The notes: generated from the letters alone by a model not told the origin. DNA of 64,000 bases from Eledone cirrhosa (GCA_964016885.1 OZ024742.1:53382001-53446000); one strand, 5' to 3'; counted from the stretch's first letter, positions 40,010 through 54,426 are shown. Numbers and translations: made by a program.

Positions 40010-40233
40010 TGATTGTAATGTACATACTGATGAAGTTTAAGTCTTCACTAGCTCTTGTATCGACAGTTGTTCTAGGTTTTGGCATCCTCTTTTGTGTGCT
40101 CAGTGTGATGCAGAACACATACCACTGGCGCTTAGAGAAAAGCCGAGCAGATGATGGTCTACCTGTTTTTGAACGGTCTAAGAACAACATGGAAATTTCT
40201 AACCCAAGAAATGAACTCTCAACTTTAGTGTAA
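40010..40233 (+). CDS. TMEM221: TMEM221/Jiraiya-like, terminal coding exon (TM4, C-terminal -STLV)
   Basis: tatgcag acceptor in phase 1, matching the donor at 26013. Reads VIVMYILMKFKSSLALVSTVVLGFGILFCVLSVMQNTYHW...NELSTLV*. As I recall it, human TMEM221 also ends in -STLV. Confidence 0.82.
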
Positions 40234-40402
40234 CATATAAGAAATGCAATGTGGCTCTGATTTCCAATTGAAACTTTTCGATACACACAGACACACAGAC
40301 ACACACATACACATATATATATAATATATATTATATTCATATATATATAAACACACGTATATGCATATAATTATATATATATATTCACATATATGCATAT
40401 AA

Positions 40403-40441
<39 letters not shown>

Positions 40442-41167
40442 ATATATCCTGGTTTATATTGTGAAGGTGGGAAATAAGAGCACTTTGTGGGAAAATGACT
40501 GAGTGTTGTCTAGAAAAGAAAAGAGACAAAGGCGAAAAATAAATGTGAAATATGTGGCACCCTTTACAAAGAGAATGAAGAAGAAAAGGGAATTATTTAA
40601 TTATTTTTAAGAAACCAGGGGCCAATCATTTTACAATTGCTTTGATTGAAACTTAAGAAGAGTAAAAAAAAATATATAAATGACAAGCAAGATGAAAAAT
40701 AACAAAATATATCCAAACGTATATATAAATATAAGATGTAATAATGAAAACAGAAAATTAAGGAGGATATCACATTTTAAAATATTGATGAAACTGTAAA
40801 TTAAAAACAAAATATCATTTTCCATTATAAGAAATGAGAATTTTGAATTATTTGCATATTATATTTAATTATTATGCATAATAATTTATAACCAACCCCC
40901 TCCACCTCCTAAAAAAAAAGAAAAGAAAAGAACAAAGGACCCAAAGCCTGAAAATGTGAAAAGACATATCTTTTTGTTTGCCTTTTTCTTTGAAGAATCT
41001 CTCATATATTTATCAGTCATTTATTTAAAACAAAAACATCATTTTATCAACCCTTTCAAAGGTACCCTTTTTTTAGATATTCTTTTTTTAATTTTGTGAA
41101 ATGAATTCTGTCTTTCATTAATTTAATCTTTATATACATACATATAGGCATATATATACATGCATAC

Positions 41168-41205
<38 letters not shown>

Positions 41206-41267
41206 GCCAATCTCTCGGACTTTTACAAAGCACTGAGAGGATAAAGTTAATATAAATTTATTCATAT

Positions 41268-41326
41268 TCTTACATATGGCCACGGTGTTTCAGCAACAGC
41301 ATGTATTTGCTAAGCTTCATCAGAGA
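41268..41326 (-). ncRNA. Type I hammerhead motif
   Basis: tct-CTGATGA-agc..agca..tgct..gct-GAAA-ca ccgtggccata tg-TA-aga; its 3' half is repeated inverted at ~41350-41378. Confidence 0.6.
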
Positions 41327-41929
41327 GGGTTAACAAATATTTGCTTTTCTGAAACACTGATGGCCATATTGTAAGAGTCTAAATAAATCTATTTATATGT
41401 ATGTATATCTGTATGTATGTCTGTCTGTATGTGAAGATTATATGAGATATTTTCAATTTTTCCAGAAACGATGTAAAAAGTTACAAAGAAATTATATTCC
41501 ATTTTTTCTGCAATCATTTTCTCATTTTTTTTTCTTTTTGTTTTCTATTCTGTTATTGTTGTTGCTGTTGTTGGTGTTGTTGCAAAGAACATTTATTTTA
41601 TTTGGAAAACTTTCCCATGATATATAACTTCTTTATTTAATACTATTTAATAAATATTTCAAAAATTCAATCAAACAAAGACACATACTACAGGGAAAGA
41701 AGTTTTACTAAAATTCTTTTATTATTTTTTCTTTGTTGAGTTTTATTATTTGCTTTTCATTGAGAGTTTTTTTTATTATCTATTTATTTATTTGGGTTGA
41801 AATAAAAAAATTTGTACAAAAGTAATAATCATTAGGTGGTTTTGATTATCAAATTAGAACCTATTAAAATACATACATATATACATATATCTAAGTGTGT
41901 GAGTATGTGTGTGTAGATATATATACACA

Positions 41930-41960
<31 letters not shown>

Positions 41961-42608
41961 CATCATTGGATGTTAAATGATGATGATGATGATTATATAT
42001 ATGTATATACATATATATATATATACATTCATGTACATGTTGTATATTGAATAATATACTAAATATTTATGAAAAGCATTTGACAGCCCTTCTGCTATGA
42101 AATTTTAAGGTTATGACCACCGTCACACATACTTAGTCTCAGCAAAAACAAGGGGAAGCAACCGACAACATTGTTTCTCACTTGTTGGCAGTTGTTATGG
42201 CTACATATCGACTTAGCTTCTGCTGAGACAAAAATAAGCTAGAATCTTATAGATTTCTCGTCTATGAATGTGAGCTGATGAAGGTCATTTGCATACGAAG
42301 TAGTAGCCAGCCAGGCTTAAATTAAAAATGTGTATTCGTGCTCCAACATACGTTATACACCTATATGTACATGTTGTATATTGAATAATATACAGGATGT
42401 TTATGAAAAACATTTGACAGCCTTCTATGACATTTTAAGGTTGTGACTACTGTCAAATATCCTTAGTCTCAGCAAAAACAAAGGGGAAGCAACTTAAAAA
42501 TTCATAGCGGAGGGCTGCCCTATGTTTTTAAGAAACATCCTGTATATTATTCAATATACAACATGTATTTATATGTATATAATGCTATATAGGAGCATCG
42601 ATACTAAT

Positions 42609-42666
<58 letters not shown>

Positions 42667-42749
42667 GTTATTCCGGGTTGAATCGGAGGTAACCACAGTA
42701 AGTAAGGTACTTAATACATAGCAGAGTATAAAAGTTTTAATATAGAAGT

Positions 42750-42798
42750 GATTCTACAGGACTAGGACTGTTTCATTCTTTAGAAATCATCAGGAATC
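42750..42798 (-). ncRNA. Type I hammerhead ribozyme motif
   Basis: gattc-CTGATGA-tttctaaagaat-GAAA-cag tcctagtc ctg-TA-gaatc. Confidence 0.8.
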
Positions 42799-43266
42799 TG
42801 GGTATCCAAAAATAAATGTGGTATTTATAGGTCTCTTCAGGTGGTAGGAGAGGGTGGGGAGTGGGATGGGTAGAGGTCATTGGTTGATAGAAAAGGGAAT
42901 TCATTAAAAGCTAATTCTTTAAAGCTATAATTTATATTTAGAGTGACAAAGGCAGAAAGAATTCTATAAACAAGTTCAGAATGGGATGCTACTCCTTATT
43001 TTTAAGTTTCTCTTAAGCTAACAATGCCTATATTTCAGGTGTCTATAAGATCGTTGGGGTCGGTCATGGTTGATGGATTTAAAGAAAAGGGAAATTCTTT
43101 AAAAGCTAATTTTTTAAGGTTCTACTTAGTGACAAGGCCTAGAGAATTCTATAGACCAGTTCAAAATATTGAGTGCCTATCACACCATTATCTTCAAGTT
43201 TCTCTTAAGCAATATTCCAGGTGTCAACAGACACATTCACAAACACACACACACACGCCCCCCCCC

Positions 43267-43312
<46 letters not shown>

Positions 43313-43322
43313 ATATATATTT

Positions 43323-43403
<81 letters not shown>

Positions 43404-43426
43404 TATATATATATACACATATATAT

Positions 43427-43487
<61 letters not shown>

Positions 43488-43612
43488 TAATTTAATATAT
43501 CTACTAACATAAGTGCACAGATGTACGCTAATGCCAGCAAATACACAGGTTATGTCATAGTACCTAGGTGGTTCAATGCAGGAGAATGCAGAACAATAAT
43601 ATATAAGACGTA

Positions 43613-43645
<33 letters not shown>

Positions 43646-43665
43646 TATATATATTTTATAGAAGG

Positions 43666-43716
43666 AGTTTCTACAGGACTAGTACTGTTTCATTCAGATG
43701 AAATCTTCAGGAAGCT
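43666..43716 (-). ncRNA. Type I hammerhead motif (left arm of fold-back)
   Basis: agcttc-CTGAAGA-tttcatctgaat-GAAA-cag tactagtc ctg-TA-gaaact. Confidence 0.75.
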
Positions 43717-44506
43717 GGGTGTCATATTAAGTTCTGGTATTTATACATTTAGGTAGTGGTAAGGGAGGGGTGGTGGAAGGGGGAGGGGGTATTTAGATAC
43801 AGGGGACCACTTCATGGCACAGGCCGTTTTTTCTTTGGGGAGTGGTCAATTAGCCAGAGTGCTTTTTTGAAATAAATAAATGAGTAAATAAATAAATAAA
43901 TAAATGAATAAATAGATAAAAGAATAGATAGATAAAATAAATAAAAGAATAGATAAAAAAAAAAAAAAAAAAAAAAAACCCATATCAACAGATATATAGT
44001 AGGGAAATTTAGGTGGGTTGGTAATAGAAATTAAACATTTAACAAGACCAAATCATGGCACAGGCTGGGGTGAGTGGTCAAGTTAATATACAGGTGGCCA
44101 GAGTGTGTTAACTTGACCACTCACCCCAGTCTGTGCCATGATTTGGTCTTGTTAAATGTTTAATTTCTATTACCAACCCACCTAAATTTCCCTACTATAT
44201 ATCTGTTGAATTACTATTCATGGGGTTTTTATTTATTTATTTATTTATTTTTTTTTTTTTTTTTTTTTATCTATTCTTTTATTTATTTTATCTATCTATT
44301 CTTTTATCTATTTATTCATTTATTTATTTATTTATTTACTCATTTATTTATTTCAAAAAAGCACTCTCGCTAATTGACCACTCCCCAAAGAAAAAACGGC
44401 CTGTGCCATGAAGTGGTCCCGTGTATCTAAATAACCCCCCCCCCTTCCACCACCCCTCCCTTACCACTACCTAAATGTATAAATACCAGAACTTAATATG
44501 ACACCC

Positions 44507-44557
44507 AGCTTCCTGAAGATTTCATCTGAATGAAACAGTACTAGTCCTGTAGAAGCT
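44507..44557 (+). ncRNA. Type I hammerhead ribozyme motif
   Basis: agcttc-CTGAAGA-tttcatctgaat-GAAA-cag tactagtc ctg-TA-gaagct; stems covary with 44739-44789. Confidence 0.85.
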
Positions 44558-44643
44558 TCTTCTATAAAATAAAAAATTTTACTCTGCCATGTATTGAGTA
44601 CCTTACTTACTGTGGTTATCCTCGACTCAACCCGGGACCTACG

Positions 44644-44677
<34 letters not shown>

Positions 44678-44738
44678 TATATATACATATACATATATAT
44701 ACATATATATACATATACATATACACTTTTGGATACCC

Positions 44739-44789
44739 AGATTCCTGATGATTTCTAAAGAATGAAACAGTCCTAGTCCTGTAGAATCT
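44739..44789 (+). ncRNA. Type I hammerhead ribozyme motif
   Basis: agattc-CTGATGA-tttctaaagaat-GAAA-cag tcctagtc ctg-TA-gaatct. Confidence 0.85.
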
Positions 44790-44801
44790 CTTCTATATTA
44801 A

Positions 44802-44843
<42 letters not shown>

Positions 44844-45965
44844 TCATTGGATGTTAAATAATGATGATGACTATATATATATATATATTTATATGATTAT
44901 TTCTTGAATATACATTGGTAATTTTTTAAATACATCATTTTTTACTTCTTTAATTTTTCTTCTCTGTCAATTTTTATCTTTACCCTTAATTTTAGCTTCT
45001 AATAAAACATTTCAGATTCATGAATTTTGAAATTTCAAACCAAAAGAAAAATATTTTAAAAAATGTTAACAAAAATTTCATCATTAAATTATAAATACAA
45101 TAAATACATTAAATGCATAAATACAAATACTTGTATACATACACACATGCATACATACTTACTTACATATATATACATAACACACACACATTATATATAT
45201 ATGTATATATACACTTACATATAAGTGGTGGGAAGAAACTCTCAAGAGAACTGGATAGCAGAAAGTCTTCAGAGAAGAAACCCCTCTCAAACAAGTCAAA
45301 TCTATATACATGTCTATATAGATAAGCATGCACATAGAAAACTGCATGCATACACAAACTCACACATACGCTACATATATATATATTGTTACTTGAGTGT
45401 GATTTCATATAACAAATGAATGAGCTCTCAGTATGTGAACATGGAGGTAATGTATATATTTTAATACATGGTATTAGATGTACATTCAAAGAAACACATA
45501 TATTCTCTGTTATCAGAAGCTGTATGTGTGGGTTTAAACATGGCTCATTAGAAGTGTTTGATACTTTTACATAGAGCTTCTGATAACGGAATATATGTGC
45601 TATTATCAACAATGACTATGAAACAGTTGGTTTCTTGAAAATACAAATGATACCATGTATTTATATATATGCACATGTATATATATCTAGGGAATGTAAC
45701 ATGCAGTTACTGTAGGTTCACCCGAGTGAGCACTCGATGCATAGTTTCCAGTTAATAAAGATGTGTGGAACTAAGCAGAGTGTAATTATATTAATAAAAA
45801 GACGATTTGGTTTATCTTCATTGCGTTTATTGAGTAGTGACGAGCTTTTGATTCCAGAGTCAAGGCTAGATCGATATAGATTGAACCTTGATCTGATCAA
45901 TAACGAAATGTGCGTCACTACTCAATAAACATAATGAAGACATAACAAATCGTCCTTTTATTATC

Positions 45966-46002
<37 letters not shown>

Positions 46003-46477
46003 TATTGACTGTGACTTCAGTGTTTCACCACAGAAGGCTTATCAAATAATATTTTACTCTATATTATGTATTAAGTCATTTTTCAGTTAATGTTATTATT
46101 CCTTTAAAAGCATTGATAATAATGATGATGATAATAATAATAATGATAATAATAATAATAATAATGATAATAATAATTTGTTTTCTAATTTGAACAAATT
46201 ATTTAATAATAATGCATTTTTAACTTTAGTGCAATGACATATTGAATTATATTAATTATTGCTCATGTATGTAAATTGAAATATCTACTGACATATATTT
46301 ATATATGTGCATGTGTTATATTATGTATTAATGCATTTTTTATCAAATTTGTAGAATAATGCATGTATATGTATGTCTTTTGACATATATCTTTATTCAT
46401 GCATATAAATATGTGCTGATAGGTTTATAGGTATACCAACATATCAATGAATGTGTATGTATATGTGTGTGTGTATG

Positions 46478-46544
<67 letters not shown>

Positions 46545-47717
46545 ATATATGTGTGTGTGTATTGTGTGTGTATATATATATATATATATGTGTGTATGTG
46601 TATGTGTGTGTGTATATATATATATATGTGTGTATGTGTGTGTGTATATATATGTGTGTGTATATATGCGTGTGTGTGTATATATATGTATATATATATA
46701 TATGTATATATATATATAAGTGTATGTTATATATATATGTATATATATATGTATATATATATATGTGTGTATATATATATATGTATGTATATATATTTAT
46801 GTATATACATATATGTATATATATATATATATAGGTATGTATATATATATATATATATATGTGTAGGTATATATATATATGTGTGTGTGAGTGTATGAAT
46901 ATGTGGGAATGTTTATGAATATATAAGTGTGTGTGTATGTATATGAATATATGTGAGGATGTGTAGGTATGCATTGCTAATTTTTTTTTAGAAACAATTT
47001 GCTTTGGTATAGTATGATAAATGCCAAAATTATTATTACAACTGTTTAAAAATATTTACTTATTATTATTATCATAATTATTATTATTATCATTATTATT
47101 ATTGTTATTATTATAATTATAATTATTATTGTTATTATTATCATCATCGTCATTAAACTTGTCATATCATCATCATCATCCTCATTATTTTTATTATTGT
47201 TGTTGCTGTTATTGTTAATAATAATGATGATAATTTCTAACATAGGTACATGGCCATACTTTGGAAGGAAAGCATTTTGTTGATTAAATCAGACCTAGGA
47301 TATGAATGGTGTTATATTATATCAACCAAGAAGGATGATATACTAATAGAAATACATATATGAAAAACATAAAAACACACTCACGGATTTTGGTCTTCAT
47401 ATTTATTATTGCTATATATATATATATATATAAGTTTAAATCAGTTTAAAAGCCTTACAATGGATAGAAGATTCAAGGTGCCAAGATAACGATAGAATTT
47501 TACATTAGCAAATTAAACTTAGTTAATAGTCTATGCATTGTAAGGCTTTTAAACTTATTTAAAATTATATTTCCTATTGCACAATGCTTCAAGCAAACTA
47601 CAACACTCTGTTATACATATAAATATATATGTATAAATACATACACACATAAAAACACACACACACACATATGTATATATATATATATACATAAATGAGT
47701 ATGTATATACATTATAT

Positions 47718-48125
47718 GACCCGCCTTACCTAAATACAAAGTAAAACCTACTACAGTCACTAGGCACCTCTAACAAAATACACCCCCGTCCCACTACCCC
47801 CACCCCATCCACACCACCCCTTTCAATGTAAAGTTATGTTGGTACCAACATCCAGCCCGAAACAAATGAGGTCGTGTCGGTGTCACGACAAAAAAACACA
47901 CAGTCCACGCTGTAATGTGGCTGTGTAGGTAACACGGTAAAAACCTCCCAGTTCCACACTGTAAATGTGGTTGGTATTAGGAAGGGCATCCAGCTGTAGA
48001 AAACCCGCCAGACAGTCCTATGCGAGCAAGACAACCACTCTTGCCTCAAGTGGGAAAACTCCCGTCCAAACCCATGCAAGCGTGGAATATGGACGTTAAA
48101 CGATGATGATGATGATGATGATGAC
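47718..48125 (+). mobile_element. 5'-truncated 3' UTR copy of the LINE A/B family
   Basis: Matches 30910-31309 (gacccgc...ggaagggcatccagc...ggacgttaaacgatgatg). Confidence 0.8.
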
Positions 48126-48327
48126 ATTCAGGGATATTTCATATTTGTTGAAATATTCCATTGCTAGTGAAAGGTTGATCAACCCATACCCTGTTCAGTG
48201 TACAGTAACAGACTTTTAACCCATTTTAATCCTATTAAAAAAGAAATAGACTAAAGTAAAGTGAAATTATATATATATATATACATACACACATATATAT
48301 ATATATATATGTTTAAATATATTTATA

Positions 48328-48423
48328 CAGGGTGTCTCCCCAAAATGTATACACTGATTACCTCTACAGTCAATATTTATTAGAATGCTGTTGAAGTGTG
48401 TATAAGTTTGTTTTGGACACCCA

Positions 48424-48424
<1 letters not shown>
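48328..48424. mobile_element. ~97-bp Tc1/mariner-type MITE
   Basis: TA-cagggtgtc...tatacac / gtgtata...ggacacccag-TA imperfect TIRs. Confidence 0.5.
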
Positions 48425-48470
<46 letters not shown>

Positions 48471-48660
48471 GTGTGTGTGTGTGTATAAATTTCTAAAATA
48501 TATATATGTATAAACTGAAAAATATTTGAAAATAAATAAAATGACTGTCTAATGCCAACAAAGAATGAACATATATCAGCTAATAAATGTCTTTTTGACA
48601 TAGAACTTGAGATGATGGAGTAGTAGTAAAACACTTTTAATTAAAATGTATGTATGTATG

Positions 48661-48708
<48 letters not shown>

Positions 48709-48964
48709 CTTGTATATGTATGCATGCAGATATATATGTATATGTGTATATATATCTATATATATATATATAACGAAGGAAATGTGGTAAGGAACGAGGT
48801 GGACCATAACGCACCAAAGTACTCAATACTTAGGGTAGTAGAGTGGGTAATAGGAACGAGTAGGACCCCGACGGCTGAGCTCAAGCCGTTTCGACGGCTA
48901 ATTCTGGACATCCAGAATTAGCCGTCGAAACAGCTTGAGCTCAGACGTCAGGGTCCTACTCGTT

Positions 48965-49018
<54 letters not shown>

Positions 49019-49082
49019 CTTGTATATATGTATGCATGCAGATATATATGTATATGTGTATATATATATATATGTATGCTTA

Positions 49083-49128
<46 letters not shown>

Positions 49129-49162
49129 CATATATATATATATATATATATTTATACATATA

Positions 49163-49240
<78 letters not shown>

Positions 49241-49316
49241 TGCAGGTATATATATGTACATATATATATATATGCATGCAGGTATATATATGTATATATA
49301 TATATGTGTGTGTGTG

Positions 49317-49358
<42 letters not shown>

Positions 49359-49404
49359 TTTGTTTTTCAAGGTTTTTGCTATGAAATCATGTGGGAAACA
49401 AATA

Positions 49405-49660
49405 TTGTTATAATATTGCCAGAAATATATTATAAAAAACACTAACTGTTTGGTTTGGGTTTATTTTCTCTTCCATATATTTTATATCCCTATAGTTAAT
49501 TTAGCTGGCAATCAATGATTTTAACCGTTGGTCAATGAATGATAAATATTGATTGCCAGCTAAATTAACTATAAGGATATAAAATATATGGAAGAGAAAA
49601 CCAACCCAAACCAAACAGTGAGTGTTTTTTATAATATATTTCTGGCAATATTATAACAAC
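49405..49660. repeat. Inverted repeat, ~110-bp arms
   Basis: ttgttataatattgccagaaat...gctggcaatcaat / attgattgccagc...atttctggcaatattataacaa; no hammerhead core recognised. Confidence 0.8.
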
Positions 49661-49725
49661 ATGACCCTCCCCAAATATAACGATAATTATATATAAGTAT
49701 ATATATTTATATATGTATGTGTGCG

Positions 49726-49756
<31 letters not shown>

Positions 49757-49817
49757 GTATATATATATGTATATATATATGTATATATATTTATATATAT
49801 GTGTGTATATGTATGTG

Positions 49818-49848
<31 letters not shown>

Positions 49849-49886
49849 ATATACATACATATACATACATAGATACATATATATAT

Positions 49887-49917
<31 letters not shown>

Positions 49918-50002
49918 CATACATATATATATTTATATATACATACATATATATATTTATATATACATACATATACATATATACATATATATATATACAT
50001 AC

Positions 50003-50053
<51 letters not shown>

Positions 50054-50317
50054 CAAATATACATATATATATATACAAATATACATATATATATATATAT
50101 ACAAATATATATATATATACAAATATATATATATATACAAATATATATATATATATACATATAGATACACACAAGAGCTACAGTATTCTGTGAATTCTTC
50201 TGAGTGAGTTGTTACTGCAAAGTTAGCAATAGAATCTATATAGCACCTGGATTATATATATATACACATATATACATATTCATATGTGTATATGTATATA
50301 ATGTATGTGTGTGTATA

Positions 50318-50372
<55 letters not shown>

Positions 50373-50913
50373 ATTTTGATCGAAACAATCCAGGAAATGT
50401 GAAAAAGCGGCCAAAATGTATCTTTAAAAAAATTAACAAGTTGCAAGAAAATGAAAATAAATATTAACAAAATTAAGTTTTTTAATAAATGCCATGATAT
50501 GATGTGGGTGGTTGTGGTGGTGCTGGTGGTAATGATGATGGTCGGTTGGTGGGATTAGTCCTTCTTTCATAGAAATAAAGTCGACATGTTTCATTTTTAA
50601 ATTGAAAGGGAGGAATTTGACTTTTGAAATTTTCCTATCTTTTAAATGAATTTGTTTCCTTGCAACATGAAAAATGTCAACATATTGTACATTAAATTGT
50701 TTTCACTCAATTTTCGAGTGATATTTTGTTTTACACAAATATATATATATTATATTATATATATATGTGTGTAGTATATGTTATTAATGCTGACTATTTT
50801 TGCAAAATTCTGCTGAAGTCAAAAATATCGGTGAAACTTTTAAGTTAACTGCACTATTAATAATATATTTTATTTTGAGTCCATTTATTTAATGCATGTT
50901 TAATGTATTTATG

Positions 50914-50949
<36 letters not shown>

Positions 50950-52157
50950 CACACACACACTCATGTGTGCATATATATATATAAATATATATATATTATA
51001 TGTCTAACCCATGCTAGCGTGGAAGATGGACGTTAAACGAAAATGATGATGATGTAAAGGATTATAATGGAGTATTCCACTATTACTTTTGGTAAGGTGA
51101 GAAACACTCAATGTACGCTTAAAGTCTTCAGCACATAATGAATTCAAAACAATCAAAATATTCTTCCGAAGTTTAAAGTTCTCACGGTTGAGGACAGTGA
51201 GAGTAGCAGAGCATAAATATTTAAAATGAAGAGAACCAATGTTATCAAATTTAAGCCATTTTTATTATTTATGATCATTTCTACACATATGATGATCGTA
51301 CATACATATGTAAACAACAAGTCAATCAGAAACAATTAACAATTATTTACACAAAACACAAAACATAAATACCTGCATATCATCAGGAATTATAAAAAGT
51401 GATTGAATTTAACCAGATACATATATAAAGAACACAAGCAGTATGAAATGTTGAACATAGGCTAGCACTTGTAGAACACAAGCAAACCAGAGTAGAAGTA
51501 CAAAATGGTAAAAAATGATGAGGAATTGTGTTTTTAAGGTGTAGTAAAAAGCAGTACATATTATTAAATCCCGCCATGGTTAACTTTGCCTTTCATCCTT
51601 ACGGGGTCGATAAATAAAGCACCAGTAATGCACTGGGGTCGATTTAATCGACTTTCGCCTCCCCTTTGAAATTGCTGGCCTTGTGCCTAAAGTAGAAACA
51701 GTTTTTATTATTATTTCATGAAATCATTAGATGAATGTTCAATGGTTAAATAACATACAGAGAGAGAGAGAAAAGCAAAAAATAAAATAGTCCAGAGGTC
51801 ACAATAGTAATTAGTTTTTGCATTAATAGATATGCAATAGGTAAGAACATACTTATCATTATTAGTCAAGTTTCTCGCTCCAATATAAAGAAAGATCAGA
51901 AGTAGAGAACATAATATGGGTTGATAATATCAGGCATTGAGAGTTCCGATTTTTTATAATTCCTGATGATATGCAGGTATTTATGTATTGTGTTTTGTGT
52001 AAATAATTGTTAATTGATTATTTCTGATTGACGTGTTTACATATGCATGTATGATTATCACCTGTATAGCAACGATGGTAGATATTAAAAATGAATTTAA
52101 TTTGATAACTTTGGTTCTTTTCATTTTCAACACACACACACACATATATATATATAT

Positions 52158-52545
52158 ATCACAGAAAAAAAGAGAATCTGTGTTGCAACGAATGGAATTT
52201 ATTGGACATATTACAATCCTTTCTCTGGCGACCAGCTCGAGGCACGCTCGATGTGATGATCGAACCTGACTCTGAAAATCGCAAGGTCCTCATACGTCTT
52301 TAGGAAAATCTGCTTCGTAGAATCAAGACGTATCTGAGGACCTTGTGATTTTCAGAGTCATGTTTGATCATCACATCGATTGTGCCTCGAGCTGGTCGCC
52401 AGAGAAACAATTGTAATATGTCCAATAAATTACATTCGTCGCAACACTGATTCTCTTTTTTCTGTGATATCATACTCTGCTCTATGAGAGCATCGAGTGC
52501 TCAAACGGCCTACCGCATACGGACGCTTTAAGCATCCAACACCAA
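52158..52545. mobile_element. Fold-back PLE-type element, ~140-bp arms
   Basis: Arms 52158-52300 and 52325-52470, plus a tail with gagcatcgagtgc. Confidence 0.75.
52328..52421 (+). ncRNA. Type I hammerhead with extended stem II
   Basis: acgtat-CTGAGGA-cct...aga-GAAA-caattg-TA-atatgt. Confidence 0.7.
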
Positions 52546-52546
52546 T

Positions 52547-52597
<51 letters not shown>

Positions 52598-52777
52598 CAG
52601 ATAGGGTATGGTAAAATACCAGGTGGACCATAACCCACCAGAGTACTCGATACAGGGGGTAGTAGTGGGTAATATGAAAAGATTCAGGACCCTGACGGCT
52701 GAGCTCCCGCTGTTTCGACTCGTTTTGACATCTAACTGTCAGAATGGCCAGAGCTCAGCCGTCGGGATCCTGAATCG

Positions 52778-52818
<41 letters not shown>

Positions 52819-54426
52819 GGCTGAGTGGTTAGAGAATTGGATTCGCAATCGTAAGGTTGTGAGTTTGATTCCTGGACCAGGCGATGCGTTATGTCCTTGA
52901 GCAAGACACTTTATTTCACGTTGCTCCTTCTACCTGGAGTTGCAACCGATAGATAGTATTAGCAATTGGAAAGACCAACGGAAACATTGTTCCCTCGGTC
53001 CGATTTGACGAAAGTCGATCGTTCCTTTATATATATATATATATAGTGTTAATAGTTTGGTAAAGATAGCCAAGGTATAGGGCAACTCATGTCCATAGGA
53101 CGAATCTTAATATAATTATTAAGATCAGTTATTACAATGGTGGCATACTTGAAACGTTCGTTTCATTCAACCAGAGCTCCAACTTGTTCAACCTCTACCT
53201 ATTGAAATAAACCAGAAAAATACCGGAAAAATGTCATTTGGTGGAACAAGTTGGCACTCAGATCCAATGAAACGTATGTTTCTGGTATGGTGCCATTGTA
53301 ATAACTGACCTTAATAATTATATATACATATGTATATATATGCACTGATAAAATTAAAATAAAAAGTACTCAATATATGAGGTAAAATATATATATATAT
53401 TATTAGGGGCTTATAGCCTCATGAGTTGTTGCCCTGCATTTCACATGAACGAAAAAGTGTTTATTTGAATAATACAATTTACATGAGATTTAGAGTAGTA
53501 TTCTAAGAAGCTTCAGCTGCTAGTAAAACATATATGCATGTATGTGTGTGTGTATATATATATATGTGTTTATGTTTGAGTGTGATATATATATATATAT
53601 ATGGCTTCAATGCAGTGTTATTTTTATCATGTTTTATAACTACATATCAGGCCTACACACATATGTAGAAATTATATATTATCTTACATACAACTCTATA
53701 TGTGTGTATATATATACCCCCATATATATATATCTGTATGTAGTTGATGGCTGAGAGAAAAGAGTACTCAATACCAAAGTAGAGTTTTAATATTTATTTT
53801 ATTAAGTAGTGAGTCTTGTTTATCACAAGATCATCAGACAAGAATGATGACCTTGTGATAAACAGGCGAAACACCAGAGTAACAAGACTTACTATTTAGC
53901 CTTAATAAAATGAATATATATATATATATGTATATATATGCAATTACTTATTTATGCACACACACATATATATATGTATGTATATATATATATATATATA
54001 TAAATATAAATTAGCGAGAATCGTATTTCAGCTATTGGAAATTAGCCTTTTAACTTATATATATATATAGCGAGAGAGGGAGAGAAAGACACACATGAAC
54101 AGTGAGGAATATATGTGTAACTATTTAATAATTATATGGTTAGAAGTGTTTATATAGTCTAATGCAGTTAAAGGTTTTGCTGTTGTCTTCAGCAGAATAT
54201 ACTCAAACTATATATTCTGGATTGTTTAAACACCTGTGTAAGTTTCTGAATAACAACAGACAAAACAAGAAGACCTCAATACAATACCAAAGCAGAAACA
54301 CCTGGCACCACCTCAGAGCATGTTATCCTGTAATATATTATAGCCCAAAAATGTAACTTTATCATCGTCATCAGATGCAATATTTCCCAAAATATCTGTC
54401 AACAAGACCTTTGATTTAACATGTAT

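Larger units (their letters stand above)
43655..44643. mobile_element. Large fold-back PLE-type element, ~440-bp arms
   Basis: 43655-44090 is the reverse complement of 44105-44568. The right arm carries an extra ~75-bp tail (gtattgagtaccttacttactgtggtt). Confidence 0.85.

Noticed and set aside
43024-50470. Many ORFs rich in YI/VC/HT dipeptides (also 2503-2899, 8731-9004, 17733-18091)
   Set aside because: They are translations of TA/TG/TATG microsatellites.
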